Below, one piece after another: positions 9,310 through 19,215 of a stretch of 64,000 nt of DNA. The stretch is from a virus. Location of the stretch: positions 32,001 through 96,000 of IMG/VR virus record IMGVR_UViG_3300031566_000001; one strand, written 5' to 3'. Under the pieces are notes generated by a model, which was not told the DNA's origin, searched no databases, and saw nothing but the letters and a program-made list of their open reading frames with translations. Made by a program: the position numbers and the translations under genes. Numbering within the stretch: position 1 is the stretch's first letter; each line of letters opens with the position of its first letter.

Positions 9310-9701
9310 CACAGAGAGAATGGGATGCGGATAAGTGGGGACCTCCGACAATTGTGATCTACGTAGACGCGCAGCGGTATCTATGGAATCGGGCATCGAG
9401 TCAAACGCTGGCGATCCTTCGGGATATGCGTCATCTCTACCACGACATTGTTTCTGAGGTGAAGAAAACTGAACAGGGAAACTATCTTCGGCTAGACTTT
9501 CCTCCAGGGGAGTTACCGCAGTATGAGTTGCTAGATGCCCCTGCGTGTTTGGCTAGTCTTATTGAAATTGATCGGTATACGGAAGCTAATCGTCAGGGTG
9601 GTGGCCATACTCCGCTAAGGGGAAAGTTGACGGAAGAGGGCAAGACCGAGTATGCCAAACTTATGGGCCTTGGCTCATTTGATGAGATTCCTGGGATTTA
9701 G
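9306..9701 (+). CDS. hypothetical protein
   Basis: ATGA overlap with the upstream ORF. Confidence 0.55.
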   Translation: MTQREWDADKWGPPTIVIYVDAQRYLWNRASSQTLAILRDMRHLYHDIVSEVKKTEQGNYLRLDFPPGELPQYELLDAPACLASLIEIDRYTEANRQGGGHTPLRGKLTEEGKTEYAKLMGLGSFDEIPGI

Positions 9702-9709
9702 GAGAAATT

Positions 9710-10234
9710 GTGCCCTTTGACCCCATGACTACCGGCCCTGCATATCAGGGTTGGGCGATAGATTTCCTGAACCCGCGGATTGAACCACACTTCCGCGCCT
9801 TCGAGTGGGGTAGCGGCTGGAGCACCATCTGGCTGGGCGCACGGTGCGGGAGCGTAGTCAGTGTCGAGCATGATGTGGAGTGGCACGCGACGGCGGCGCA
9901 GCGGTTGCGGGAGTATGGCCTGGGGAACGTGAAGCTGTTCCACATACCAAAGGAACAGGGCGCGTCGGAGTATGCGGACTATGCCGATGCCATCCTGAGT
10001 TATCCTGATGAGCACTTTCACCTGATTTGCGTGGACGGGCGCAATCGTGCAGGGTGCATCAGGAACGCTATGGTGAAGTTGGTGAGGCCCGGTGGGATGA
10101 TGGTGGTGGATGACTACCCCAGGTCGCAGTATCAACCTGCTCTGCGGTTATTGGATGGCTGGAGCCGGGCGTTGTTCAACCGGGCTAGTGAGATCATGGC
10201 TACGGGCGTGTGGTTCAGGCCAACGGAGGGGTGA
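9710..10234 (+). CDS. class I SAM methyltransferase-like protein
   Basis: FEWGSGWSTIW, SVEHD, LICVDGRNR, PGGMMVVDD. Confidence 0.75.
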   Translation: MPFDPMTTGPAYQGWAIDFLNPRIEPHFRAFEWGSGWSTIWLGARCGSVVSVEHDVEWHATAAQRLREYGLGNVKLFHIPKEQGASEYADYADAILSYPDEHFHLICVDGRNRAGCIRNAMVKLVRPGGMMVVDDYPRSQYQPALRLLDGWSRALFNRASEIMATGVWFRPTEG

Positions 10235-10235
10235 G

Positions 10236-10985
10236 ATGACCCTTTTCGCTCATACTCACTGCGTAGCGTTTGAGCTTTCCAACACTTGCCCTTACGCATG
10301 GCTGCACAAGGAGTGTCCCTTGAACTTGGAAGTGGCCTCACCCTTTCGGTTGAGGGAGACAAAGCACCTATCTGGCGACGTTGTGCGGAAGGTACTGGAT
10401 ACCCTGGGAGAGCATGGGTACGTGAGCACGATTAGCTTTCATCAGTACAATGAGTCGCTAGTTGACCCACGCCTGTTCGAGTTCGTCCGCTATGCTAGGA
10501 AGCGGTGCCCGGAGGCCAGGATCATAATCTTGACCAACGGGGTTTTCCTGTCGCGGCAACTGGCGCTGGAGCTGGAGGAGGCCGGGTTGTCGGGTCTGTG
10601 GGTGACGCTCTATGGCAGCCAGGAGGACCGCACGATCACATGGGAATGGATGAAACGTGAGATCATACCCATCTTTTCAGAGAGCAATGTTCAGACGTGG
10701 GGGCTGGATGACAGGTTGTGCATCTATGACCGGGAGTACCAGAAGGACCAGGGCGGCAATTGTTATGCCCCCTTGAGTGCTATCATCGTCACCAGGGACG
10801 CGGAGTGGGGCCTGTGTTGTATGGACTGGAAACGCACAGTATCCTTCGGGAGCCTCAAGGAGCATAGCCTGGAGGAACTGTTACAGGCTGAGGAGCCGCA
10901 TCGCATCTATGCGGCCCTGAGCGAGGGGGACCGGACGGTATTGGATTTGTGCCGCCGCTGCACGTTCGCTATCACACCAAGGTGA
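10236..10985 (+). CDS. radical SAM/SPASM-domain protein with non-canonical Cys motif
   Basis: ELSNTC...C, YNESLVDP, ILTNG; SPASM-like CYAP...LCCMDW...GSL...CRRC. Confidence 0.75.
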   Translation: MTLFAHTHCVAFELSNTCPYAWLHKECPLNLEVASPFRLRETKHLSGDVVRKVLDTLGEHGYVSTISFHQYNESLVDPRLFEFVRYARKRCPEARIIILTNGVFLSRQLALELEEAGLSGLWVTLYGSQEDRTITWEWMKREIIPIFSESNVQTWGLDDRLCIYDREYQKDQGGNCYAPLSAIIVTRDAEWGLCCMDWKRTVSFGSLKEHSLEELLQAEEPHRIYAALSEGDRTVLDLCRRCTFAITPR

Positions 10986-10987
10986 AT

Positions 10988-11032
10988 CTTTTGCTGGCAA
11001 AAGGAAGCGGCGTGGTATCATTTGTGCAGAAG
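10988..11032. promoter_or_regulatory. bipartite palindromic operator (reversed order, degenerate 14-mer)
   Basis: CTTTTGCTGGCAAAAG, 15 bp, CATTTGTGCAGAAG; TTGCTG-N19-TATCAT. Confidence 0.55.
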
Positions 11033-11040
11033 GAAGGTTA

Positions 11041-12219
11041 ATGGAGCCGCGGGGCATTCTCTACTTTGCAATAGGTGACGAATATCTGATGCGGGCGCAG
11101 AAGGCTGTAGCTCGCGTGCGGGATGTGTGGCCGGGTATGGCCTGCGCCATCTGGACCGAACGCTCGCCGGGGCCGGTGATGCTCTCGCGGATGGAGGCCT
11201 GGCGGCAATCACCTTTTGAGCGGACCTTGGCTCTGGATGCGGACGTATGGCTGGCGGAACCTGTACCAGAGCTGTTTGACCTGTTGGACCGGTTTGACCT
11301 GGCGGCGACCCTTGCGCCATGGCGTGAGGGACATCCTGTAGCTGTCCCTGCGGCGTTTCCAGAGCATAACTGTGGCGTGGTAGCCTTTCGCAAGAATGGC
11401 CTGTTACTGAGCCTTGTGGACGACTGGGAGCAGCGGTTCGGACGACGTTATGAGGGGTTGGAGGAGACCAAAAGCGTTCACAATGACCAACCGGCCTTCC
11501 GGGAGGCCCTGTATCATTCTGTTCTGCGTATTGCTACCTTGCCCGCGGAATACAACTGGCGGGGCGTGGGCTATGTTTGGGGCAAGGTGAAAGTGTTGCA
11601 TACCCGGAGACCGCCACAGAGGGTAGCACACGAAATCAACGAGCAGCTTGGGCCAAGGGTGTGTATGAACTGGCAGATACACCATGGAGATAATTCGGCA
11701 ATGATGCTGGAAGCGACCGACCTTACAGGTGAGGAATATCACCACGAGGTGGAGGACGTGCTTACGTTGCAGCACCTGGCGGGGCTGCTCCCGGCGGACC
11801 CGGTGGTGGTGAACATCGGGGCCTGCTTCGGCACATCGGCCTTGGCGCTCCTGGAGGCCCGTGAGGACCTGTTTGTGTTCAGCATTGACATCAAGCCTTG
11901 CCTTGAGGAGCGGGAGAACCTGGCGCGGTCGGGCGTGGACCCGGCGCGGTGCGTGCGGGTGCTGGGGCGGTCTCAGGAGGTCGGGCAGTATTGGCCGCGT
12001 GCGGTGGATATGGTTTTCATGGACGGTTCCCATGCCCGCTCTGACGTGGTGGCGGACCTGGAGGCCTGGCTGCCCCGAATCAAGCCGGGGGGTATCGTGG
12101 CCTGCGACGACTATGCGAAAGGGTGCACTCCGGCGGTGAAGCCTGTGGTGGATGAGATGCTGATGGACAAGTACGAGATGGTCCTTCACGTGGGGGACAT
12201 CGTGGCGTTCAGGGTGTAA
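11041..12219 (+). CDS. GT8-like nucleotide-diphospho-sugar transferase fused to a Methyltransf_24 domain
   Basis: LDAD, NCGVV, NDQPAFR, LPAEYN in the N-half; VNIGACFG, MDGSH, GGIVACDDY in the C-half. Confidence 0.8.
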   Translation: MEPRGILYFAIGDEYLMRAQKAVARVRDVWPGMACAIWTERSPGPVMLSRMEAWRQSPFERTLALDADVWLAEPVPELFDLLDRFDLAATLAPWREGHPVAVPAAFPEHNCGVVAFRKNGLLLSLVDDWEQRFGRRYEGLEETKSVHNDQPAFREALYHSVLRIATLPAEYNWRGVGYVWGKVKVLHTRRPPQRVAHEINEQLGPRVCMNWQIHHGDNSAMMLEATDLTGEEYHHEVEDVLTLQHLAGLLPADPVVVNIGACFGTSALALLEAREDLFVFSIDIKPCLEERENLARSGVDPARCVRVLGRSQEVGQYWPRAVDMVFMDGSHARSDVVADLEAWLPRIKPGGIVACDDYAKGCTPAVKPVVDEMLMDKYEMVLHVGDIVAFRV

Positions 12220-12228
12220 AGGGGGATT

Positions 12229-12435
12229 ATGAGAGACATCGCTGTGGACTTGGGTATAGTCGCGCCGTGCGGGTGCATCTTCCCACAACATATCTGCAAG
12301 GAAGCGAAGCACCTTTGGGCCAGAGCCGTGGCATTCTTCGAGAAGAGCAGGGAGGCCGGATTTGATGATGAGTCTTGGGCCAAGTATCTGGAGGTCCTGG
12401 AGGACTATAAGAAGCACTTTGGCAGGGAGGTATGA
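12229..12435 (+). CDS. hypothetical protein
   Basis: RBS and operon position. Confidence 0.5.
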   Translation: MRDIAVDLGIVAPCGCIFPQHICKEAKHLWARAVAFFEKSREAGFDDESWAKYLEVLEDYKKHFGREV

Positions 12436-12438
12436 CCA

Positions 12439-12669
12439 ATGCCCGAAGACAAAGAGGAAGCAAGAGAGGAAACGCTGGAGCAGTTGGGGCTCCGGTACTT
12501 GGCCGCGCAGGAGCAACGTCTGCGGGTCTGCCAGCGCGAGAAGGCCCTAAAGAAGGAACTTGCAGCGGCTATGCGAGATGCCGGGAAGGAAGCCGTGATA
12601 GTGGGGCCGAAGGTGGTGATTTTGCACCCCGGTATAGATTATGACAGTCTGGAAGTGGCAGACCTGTGA
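12439..12669 (+). CDS. hypothetical protein
   Basis: GGAGG upstream, coupled to the next gene. Confidence 0.55.
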   Translation: MPEDKEEAREETLEQLGLRYLAAQEQRLRVCQREKALKKELAAAMRDAGKEAVIVGPKVVILHPGIDYDSLEVADL

Positions 12670-13478
12670 TGAACGAACAGCAACTCAAAGACGCCTTTGC
12701 ATCACTGGAGCCGATGAGTGACGAGGCCCCGCCCCGGTACACGTGGGAGCGGCACAGGTGGGAGATGCGGCGCCATGTGCGTCGGGATCCCATCGCGGTA
12801 TTCCTGAGCTGGCCCACGGTGACGGCCACCATGTTTGCGGGGGAGACCCCCTTCATCCGGTCTGAGCTGGAGGCCCTGCGGGCGCAGCCTGATTGGGAGA
12901 CCCTTTGGCTTCCGGCCATTGAGGACAGCGGCGTGGGCCAGGCCCCGAGGATGTCAGGGGAGCCGTCTACGAACGCCAATATGGTGCATCAGGCGTTTCA
13001 CCTGATGATGTGGAACAAGGCTACGCTCAAGGAACTGCGGGATCTGGAGACCATCACGGAGTTCGGCGGGGGCTATGGGGCTATGGCCCTGATTGCCTCA
13101 CGGCTGGGGTTCCGCGGGACCTACCGGATGGTGGACTTTCCGGAGATGTGCCTGCTTCAGAGCTACTACCTGTCGCGGCATGAGCTGGGCTGTGCGGTGG
13201 AGTTCCTGGAGGCCATCGGGCCGCCACGTTCGGACCTGTTGGTGGCCTGTTATTCATTGAGTGAAGTCCCGTTGGCGGACCGTAAGCCCTACCTTGGCGG
13301 GGGCCGTACGGATCATGGAGCGGCCAGTTACCTCTTTGCCATGCAGGACCGTTGGGATGACGTGGACAACCTGGATTGGGTATATGATTTTGAGATGAAT
13401 GAGAGGGATGACCTGCTGTGGTCCATCTTCCCGATGGTGAGGCCGGGGCACTGGTACGCGATGGGGGGAATGAAGTGA
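12666..13478 (+). CDS. putative sugar O-methyltransferase
   Basis: ITEFGGGYG, VDFPEM..LQ.YYL, YSLSE. Confidence 0.7.
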   Translation: MMNEQQLKDAFASLEPMSDEAPPRYTWERHRWEMRRHVRRDPIAVFLSWPTVTATMFAGETPFIRSELEALRAQPDWETLWLPAIEDSGVGQAPRMSGEPSTNANMVHQAFHLMMWNKATLKELRDLETITEFGGGYGAMALIASRLGFRGTYRMVDFPEMCLLQSYYLSRHELGCAVEFLEAIGPPRSDLLVACYSLSEVPLADRKPYLGGGRTDHGAASYLFAMQDRWDDVDNLDWVYDFEMNERDDLLWSIFPMVRPGHWYAMGGMK

Positions 13479-15757
13479 CCTATGATTCATTTCTTAAATC
13501 GAAGAGGATGATTAGGCGTGATCGGGGCAAAGAGTTTACTACCGATGACGTGCATTCTAAGCTGTTTGCTTTCCAGCGGGATATTACGCTCTGGGCAGTA
13601 CGGAAGGGCATGGCAGCGGTATTCGCTGATACCGGGCTGGGCAAGACCTTCATTCAATTGGAATGGGCCAGGTTGCTAGGGGAGAAAACGCTCATTATTG
13701 CCCCGCTCAGTGTGGCCAGGCAAACGGTAAGAGAAGCTCGCAAGATTGATCTTGAAATAGGTTATGTTCGTAGTCAAGATGCGGTTGTGGGCGACGGTCA
13801 GCTCTGGATAACGAACTATGAAATGGTGAACGCCTTTGATGTATCGGCATTCGGCGCGGTGGTGCTGGACGAATCCAGTATATTGAAATGCATCTCAGGC
13901 AAGACGCGCCGCAAGCTGACGGAGGCTTGTCAGGCTGTTCCCTATCGCCTGTGTTGCACAGCAACGCCTGCCCCGAATGACTTCATAGAGCTGGGCAATC
14001 ATGCGGAGTTTTTGGGCGTGTGTTCGCGTGCTGAGATGCTGGCTATGTTCTTCGTCAATGCTAACAAAGAGCATACTATGTTTGTCAATGGAAAGTCGTA
14101 TCGCAGGAAGGGGAGCAATAAGGGCGGCCAGGAGTGGCGGTTGAAGCACCATGCCGAAGAGCCTTTCTTCCGCTGGTTGGCATCTTGGGCTATGGCCATA
14201 CGGAAGCCGTCTGACTTGGGATATGACGATATGGATTTCAGACTTCCTGCACTTAGGCTGCATAAGCACTTTGAGCAGGCGAAGTATGAGCCGGGTGATA
14301 GGCTGTTTTTCACTCGCGCTAGGGGTATAAGGGAGCATTCGGCTATTCGTAGAGCGACGCTTGGCCCACGCCTTGAACGGCTTCAGGAGATCATTGACGG
14401 AGACGGCCAACAGTGGATAGTCTGGGTGGGGCTGGATGAGGAAGGCCGGGCTGCGACGGAGGCTCTGGACGGTGCGGTAGAAGTCAAGGGTAGTGATTCG
14501 CCTGACTACAAGGCCAGTTCCTTTGAGGACTTTCAGGATGGCAAGTTTCGTGTGCTTGTGACCAAACCTACTATCGGCGGGTTCGGCATGAACTTCCAGA
14601 ATGCCCACAAGATGGCGTTCCTGGGGCTTTCGCACTCGTGGGAACAATACTATCAGTGTGTGCGCAGGGAGTGGAGGTATCTTCAGGAGCACCCTGTAGA
14701 CGTGCACCTGATTATGTCGGATATCGAGGCTGATGTGTACCGCAACGTGATGCGTAAGGATGCCCAGGCCAGGCGGCTACGGGAAGGTTTGATTGGCAAG
14801 ATGCATCTTTATGAGAGGGAGGAATTGGGGATGGGAACGTCTGTAGTGCAAGATCAGGCAGGATGTGTTGTCAAAGGCAATACTTGGAAAGCGTTGCGGG
14901 GCGACTCCTGCGAGAGGCTGGCGGAACTTGACAATGATTCGGTAGACCTGTGCATATACTCACCGCCGTTTGCTGATCTCTATACGTATAGTGATAGCCC
15001 CCGCGACCTGGGCAATTCGCGTGATTGGAAGGAGTTCTTGTGTCACTATTCTTTTGTGATCCGGGAGGTTTTGCGTGTAGTCAAGCCGGGGCGCTTGTGC
15101 TGCGTTCACACCTCAGACATCCCGGCGTTGGCGCAGAAGGATGGGTATATCGGCATCAAGGATTTTCCTGGCGCGGTGATCGCTGCGCACGAGGCGGAGG
15201 GATGGGTATTCCATGGACGCATTCTAGTCGGCAAAAACCCGCAGGCCCAGGCCATACGGACGCACTCTAAGGCGCTGTTGTTTGTCCAGTTGCGTAAGGA
15301 CTCAGCGGACAGTCGCCCGGCGCTTGTCGATCATGTTCTGTTGTTCAAGAAACCCGGTGAGAACGCTGTGCCGGTGACTCCGGTAGAAAACGGTGAGATG
15401 GACAATGACCTATGGGTACAGTGGGCTAATGGGATCTGGACTGATATTCAGGAGACGGATACTCTTCAGTACCAGCACGCGCGGGAGGCCGATGATGAGA
15501 AGCATATTTGCCCCTTGCAATTGCCGACGATCCGGCGGTGCGTGATGCTCTATTCCAATCCTGGAGAGACAATACTATCACCGTTTGCGGGCATCGGTAG
15601 TGAGGGTTTTGAGTCTGTCAAGGCCGGGCGGGGTTTCGTGGGTATAGAGCTGAAACCAGAGTATTTCGAGGTCATGGTCGGAAACCTCCAGAAAGCGGAG
15701 GCTGTAGCGAATCAGCCTGATTTGTTTTCGTTAGTCAATGAGGAGTCAGCGCAATGA
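13475..15757 (+). CDS. SNF2-like helicase fused to an N4/N6 DNA methyltransferase
   Basis: DTGLGKT, VLDESS, TATP, FGMNFQ; C-half YSPPF, HICPLQ, SPFAGIGS. Confidence 0.85.
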   Translation: MTYDSFLKSKRMIRRDRGKEFTTDDVHSKLFAFQRDITLWAVRKGMAAVFADTGLGKTFIQLEWARLLGEKTLIIAPLSVARQTVREARKIDLEIGYVRSQDAVVGDGQLWITNYEMVNAFDVSAFGAVVLDESSILKCISGKTRRKLTEACQAVPYRLCCTATPAPNDFIELGNHAEFLGVCSRAEMLAMFFVNANKEHTMFVNGKSYRRKGSNKGGQEWRLKHHAEEPFFRWLASWAMAIRKPSDLGYDDMDFRLPALRLHKHFEQAKYEPGDRLFFTRARGIREHSAIRRATLGPRLERLQEIIDGDGQQWIVWVGLDEEGRAATEALDGAVEVKGSDSPDYKASSFEDFQDGKFRVLVTKPTIGGFGMNFQNAHKMAFLGLSHSWEQYYQCVRREWRYLQEHPVDVHLIMSDIEADVYRNVMRKDAQARRLREGLIGKMHLYEREELGMGTSVVQDQAGCVVKGNTWKALRGDSCERLAELDNDSVDLCIYSPPFADLYTYSDSPRDLGNSRDWKEFLCHYSFVIREVLRVVKPGRLCCVHTSDIPALAQKDGYIGIKDFPGAVIAAHEAEGWVFHGRILVGKNPQAQAIRTHSKALLFVQLRKDSADSRPALVDHVLLFKKPGENAVPVTPVENGEMDNDLWVQWANGIWTDIQETDTLQYQHAREADDEKHICPLQLPTIRRCVMLYSNPGETILSPFAGIGSEGFESVKAGRGFVGIELKPEYFEVMVGNLQKAEAVANQPDLFSLVNEESAQ

Positions 15758-17019
15758 TCTTTTCCAATCGTCACGAGGTGGAGACACACCTGGCTGAGCA
15801 GGCTGACGGCGGCGTGATTGTAGAGGTTGGGGTGGGCAAGGGTGACGGGTTGGTGGCCCTGCTCAACGGCACCCGTTACGGAAGGCTCTTGCCCGTGTAT
15901 GCCGTGGATCCCTACGCGCCATACGTGGACAAATTGGGTGGCACCTACGGCCCGGAGTGCAAGCAGGAAGCCGTCGATCAGGTGGTGGGTACGGGCCTGG
16001 GGCGTTTGGTGGCCTTCGTCGAAGAGGACGGCGTGCTGGTGGGCGAGAATTGGGACTTGCCTACGGCCCTGGTGTGGATTGACGTGTCTATGGAGTACGA
16101 CGGTCTCAAATGCGTCTGGGATGCCTGGGCGGACAAGGTTATGGAGGACGGGCACATCGCCATCGCGGGGCTGGGTTACAGTAGCTTGGGCACGGCGCGG
16201 GTGATGCAGGAGGCCGTGGACTCAGGGAACTTCGTGCGGGTACTGGAGGGGCAAGACCGGGTGGCCGTGCTGCGCAGGAATCCACGGCACAGGAGGGCCG
16301 CGTTCTACATCGTGGATGGTGAGCCGTATGCAGATGAGGCGGCCTATAGCGCGTCCAGCCTCAAGGAGCACATGCCCAGGGTGGAGACCTTCCTGTTCGC
16401 TGTGGGGGGCACGAAGGACAGGGATTGCATTGACCACGTAGTGACGTTGCCCCCTCGGGAGAGCGAACTGTGGTACCTGGACAGCACGCGGTACTTCAAT
16501 TGGGCTGTGGGGCAGCTTCATGAGTACAACCGGCTCTTGTACCTTGATACGGATACGTGGGTGTCCTGGGATTGCCTGGATATGTGGTGGCTCCTGGAGC
16601 AGTTCGACGTGTGCCTGGGTCATTCTGCGGGCCGGGAGGCCATGCCCAGTGCTATCGGAACGCCGCCTGCGTTCACCACGCTGTCCATCGGGGTGAGCCT
16701 CTTCTGCAACAACGCGAAGGTCCGGGCCACACTGGCGGACTGGCAGGCATTCTATGAGAAGTACGCGCATATCTACGGCGACAATGACGAGTCGCCCCTG
16801 CGGGACGTGCTGTGGCTCAACCGTCACGGGCTGAAAATGTATATCCTGCCCCCGGAGTACAATGCGCGTGTGGGCTTCGGGTGCTGGCTCTATGGGCGGG
16901 TCCGGGTAGTCCATGCCCGGCTGCCCCGGCTTCGGCATGTGGCGGAGGAGCTGAATGAGCACACGGTCATGCGCATGTGGCGTCCTGATGATGGGTTCCT
17001 GTGGTATCACCAGAAGTGA
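15754..17019 (+). CDS. methyltransferase-like domain fused to a GT8-like glycosyltransferase
   Basis: VEVGVGKG in the N-half; LYLDTD, DESPLR, LPPEYN in the C-half. Confidence 0.75.
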   Translation: MIFSNRHEVETHLAEQADGGVIVEVGVGKGDGLVALLNGTRYGRLLPVYAVDPYAPYVDKLGGTYGPECKQEAVDQVVGTGLGRLVAFVEEDGVLVGENWDLPTALVWIDVSMEYDGLKCVWDAWADKVMEDGHIAIAGLGYSSLGTARVMQEAVDSGNFVRVLEGQDRVAVLRRNPRHRRAAFYIVDGEPYADEAAYSASSLKEHMPRVETFLFAVGGTKDRDCIDHVVTLPPRESELWYLDSTRYFNWAVGQLHEYNRLLYLDTDTWVSWDCLDMWWLLEQFDVCLGHSAGREAMPSAIGTPPAFTTLSIGVSLFCNNAKVRATLADWQAFYEKYAHIYGDNDESPLRDVLWLNRHGLKMYILPPEYNARVGFGCWLYGRVRVVHARLPRLRHVAEELNEHTVMRMWRPDDGFLWYHQK

Positions 17020-17026
17020 GGGGGAC

Positions 17027-17770
17027 GTGAGCGACGGCTGCGGGCGGTTCATAGGGCCATATCCTTGCTGCACCATCATCACGGGTGACGCTAAGGAGCT
17101 TACTCCGGCGATACCGGATGAGAGCGTGGACTTGATAGTGACTGACCCGCCCTACTTCTTGCCAGTTCAGTCCTATGTTGGGGTGCGTGGTGAGGGCTAT
17201 ACGAGGAGGACGCTGGCTGACACGTCGATACTTTCTGGATTCTTTGGGGATCTATTTGCGGATTTGGGCCGTGTTCTAAAGCAGACGGGAAGCGCCTATG
17301 TCTTCTGTGATGGGCAGAGTTACCCGCTGTTCTATCCAGCCATGTTTCCGCACTTCAAGTATGTGCGGCCCCTGATATGGGACAAGATTGTTTCCTACAA
17401 CGGATACACGTGGCGACACCAGCATGAGTTGATTGCGTGGGGCGAAGGAGTGGGGGCGCAGAGGGTTCCCACGGGCGATGGGGACATTCTGAGATGTAGG
17501 GGGGTTCTCCAGAAAGACAGAAGGCATCCCGCAGAAAAGCCACTCGCTCTATTGCAGCAACTCATAGCCAAGCATGAACGGGGGCGGGTTGTATTGGACC
17601 CATTTGTTGGCTCAGGGACCACCCCCATAGCCGCATGGCTAGAGGGCGATCACTACCTCGCCTTCGAGATAGACCCCGACGTAGCAGAGCGGGCGAGGGA
17701 GCGGGTGAGGAACACCCAGCCACCCCTCTTCGTGATGCAGCCAGAGCAGACAATACTAGAACTGGAATGA
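17027..17770 (+). CDS. DNA N6-adenine methyltransferase (beta class)
   Basis: TDPPY, HPAEKP, LDPFVGSGTT. Confidence 0.88.
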   Translation: MSDGCGRFIGPYPCCTIITGDAKELTPAIPDESVDLIVTDPPYFLPVQSYVGVRGEGYTRRTLADTSILSGFFGDLFADLGRVLKQTGSAYVFCDGQSYPLFYPAMFPHFKYVRPLIWDKIVSYNGYTWRHQHELIAWGEGVGAQRVPTGDGDILRCRGVLQKDRRHPAEKPLALLQQLIAKHERGRVVLDPFVGSGTTPIAAWLEGDHYLAFEIDPDVAERARERVRNTQPPLFVMQPEQTILELE

Positions 17771-17780
17771 GGTGTAACCA

Positions 17781-18074
17781 ATGGATAGTAACGTACTCAC
17801 TCACAGCGCGGTGCTCCCAAGGCGCAACGTCAAGCGGCTGCGGCGTTGCCTGAACCCTCAATGCCTCTACGTGGCGGGCGGCGGCAAGATGCCTTTGAAG
17901 ATCACTCGCATTGGCGAGTATACCCGGCTTGGTTGCTCCAAGTGCGGGTCCGTAAGTGTGTTCAACCCGGTAGCGACGGTAAGGCCTGACAAGGCCAGGC
18001 ACATCTTCGTGGCTCGTGACCGTGGGGGCGTGGTGGAGCACATCTTCCCCAAGGCGAGGGTATTGGTACCGTGA
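17781..18074 (+). CDS. hypothetical Zn-ribbon protein
   Basis: CLNPQC and CSKC; GAGG RBS. Confidence 0.55.
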   Translation: MDSNVLTHSAVLPRRNVKRLRRCLNPQCLYVAGGGKMPLKITRIGEYTRLGCSKCGSVSVFNPVATVRPDKARHIFVARDRGGVVEHIFPKARVLVP

Positions 18075-18550
18075 GAAGGCGTTACTTCGAGTGGGACTAT
18101 GTCGCCAACAGGGTCATTGAGTGGGTGCGTGTGGGTACGTGCTGCCGGTGCGGTGCGTGTTGCCGGGGGTCCATCGGTTACAATTTCGAGAATGTTAAGA
18201 CGTACCATGCGAATAAGGCGGGCGGCTATTATACCACTGGCAGGGGTGTCTGGCAGGAGATCCGTGCGGGCCGGTATCGGCACTTTTTCCGGATGGAGTA
18301 CATGGCCGTGAAGGGGCGGGGGTGGTGTGGCAGTTTCGAGAATGGCCTTTGTGCTGAGTATGAGCATCGGTCCTGGATTTGCCGGGAGTGGCCCTTCTCG
18401 CCCCGGTGCATTGCGCCGTTTGCGGAGTGCACCTATGGGTTCCGTGAGGTAGACCGCTGGCCGTTCGTGGTGGATGTCCCCAAGGATCCGGCAAAAGAGG
18501 GGAAGGATGCTGGCGGTTTTGTTCATGTGCCGCGGAGAGGGGTCCCGTGA
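18071..18550 (+). CDS. YkgJ-like CxxCxxCC cysteine-cluster protein
   Basis: CCRCGACC and CAEYEHRSWICREWPF. Confidence 0.75.
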   Translation: MRRRYFEWDYVANRVIEWVRVGTCCRCGACCRGSIGYNFENVKTYHANKAGGYYTTGRGVWQEIRAGRYRHFFRMEYMAVKGRGWCGSFENGLCAEYEHRSWICREWPFSPRCIAPFAECTYGFREVDRWPFVVDVPKDPAKEGKDAGGFVHVPRRGVP

Positions 18551-19215
18551 TCACTAAGCGCCTGGTTTACATCCACGTCTTCCGGACCGGCGGGTACATG
18601 GTGCAGGGGGTCTTGCGAAAGGTCCCTGGCCTGGTGATGGTCTCTGACAGGCCCACGGAGCACCTCACCTATGCACAGATGACCACGGTATGCGCTCAGC
18701 AGCGCATGTCGAGGCCACTGGCTGCTGTGTTCGTTCGCAACCCGTTTGACTGGTACGTGTCGATGTGGTGCTGGGTCAATACGGCCCCGAATGTGCCTTC
18801 CTTCCCTAGCTTCCGGGCATACCTGGGGGCGATTGATGAGAGGCGCTTTGGCATCACGGGAACGGGGCGCAACTACAGCAGATTCACCGACCATTGGAAG
18901 GACATGGGTGCTGACTCAGCAAAGTGGACGGGACGTTTCGAGCGCCTGCAGGAGGACTTCGTGGCCATCATGCTGGAGGCCATGCCTGAACTGGTGAACG
19001 AGAAGATGCTGAGGCGCCTTATAGTCAAGGAACCCATCCATCACCCCAGCAGGCATCCCCAGACCGGCAAGCACCCAGGGGCCTATCAGCAGTACTACGA
19101 TGCGGAGACGAGGGCGCTGGTAGAGGGGTGGGACGGCGCGCTGTTGGAGCGCTTCGGCTACAATTTCGAGGGGGAGGAGGCGGATGATGAAGATTTATCC
19201 CATACCGGTGCCTGA
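18547..19215 (+). CDS. sulfotransferase family 2-like protein
   Basis: YIHVFRTGG, FVRNPFDWYVS, GRFERL, YQQYYD...D..LLERFGY. Confidence 0.8.
   Translation: MITKRLVYIHVFRTGGYMVQGVLRKVPGLVMVSDRPTEHLTYAQMTTVCAQQRMSRPLAAVFVRNPFDWYVSMWCWVNTAPNVPSFPSFRAYLGAIDERRFGITGTGRNYSRFTDHWKDMGADSAKWTGRFERLQEDFVAIMLEAMPELVNEKMLRRLIVKEPIHHPSRHPQTGKHPGAYQQYYDAETRALVEGWDGALLERFGYNFEGEEADDEDLSHTGA

Noticed and set aside
11404-12516. Long minus-strand ORFs (also 22779-23867, 16222-17082, 13895-14707, 58387-59211)
   Set aside because: Antisense shadows of high-GC3 + strand genes, with no RBS or recognisable motifs.
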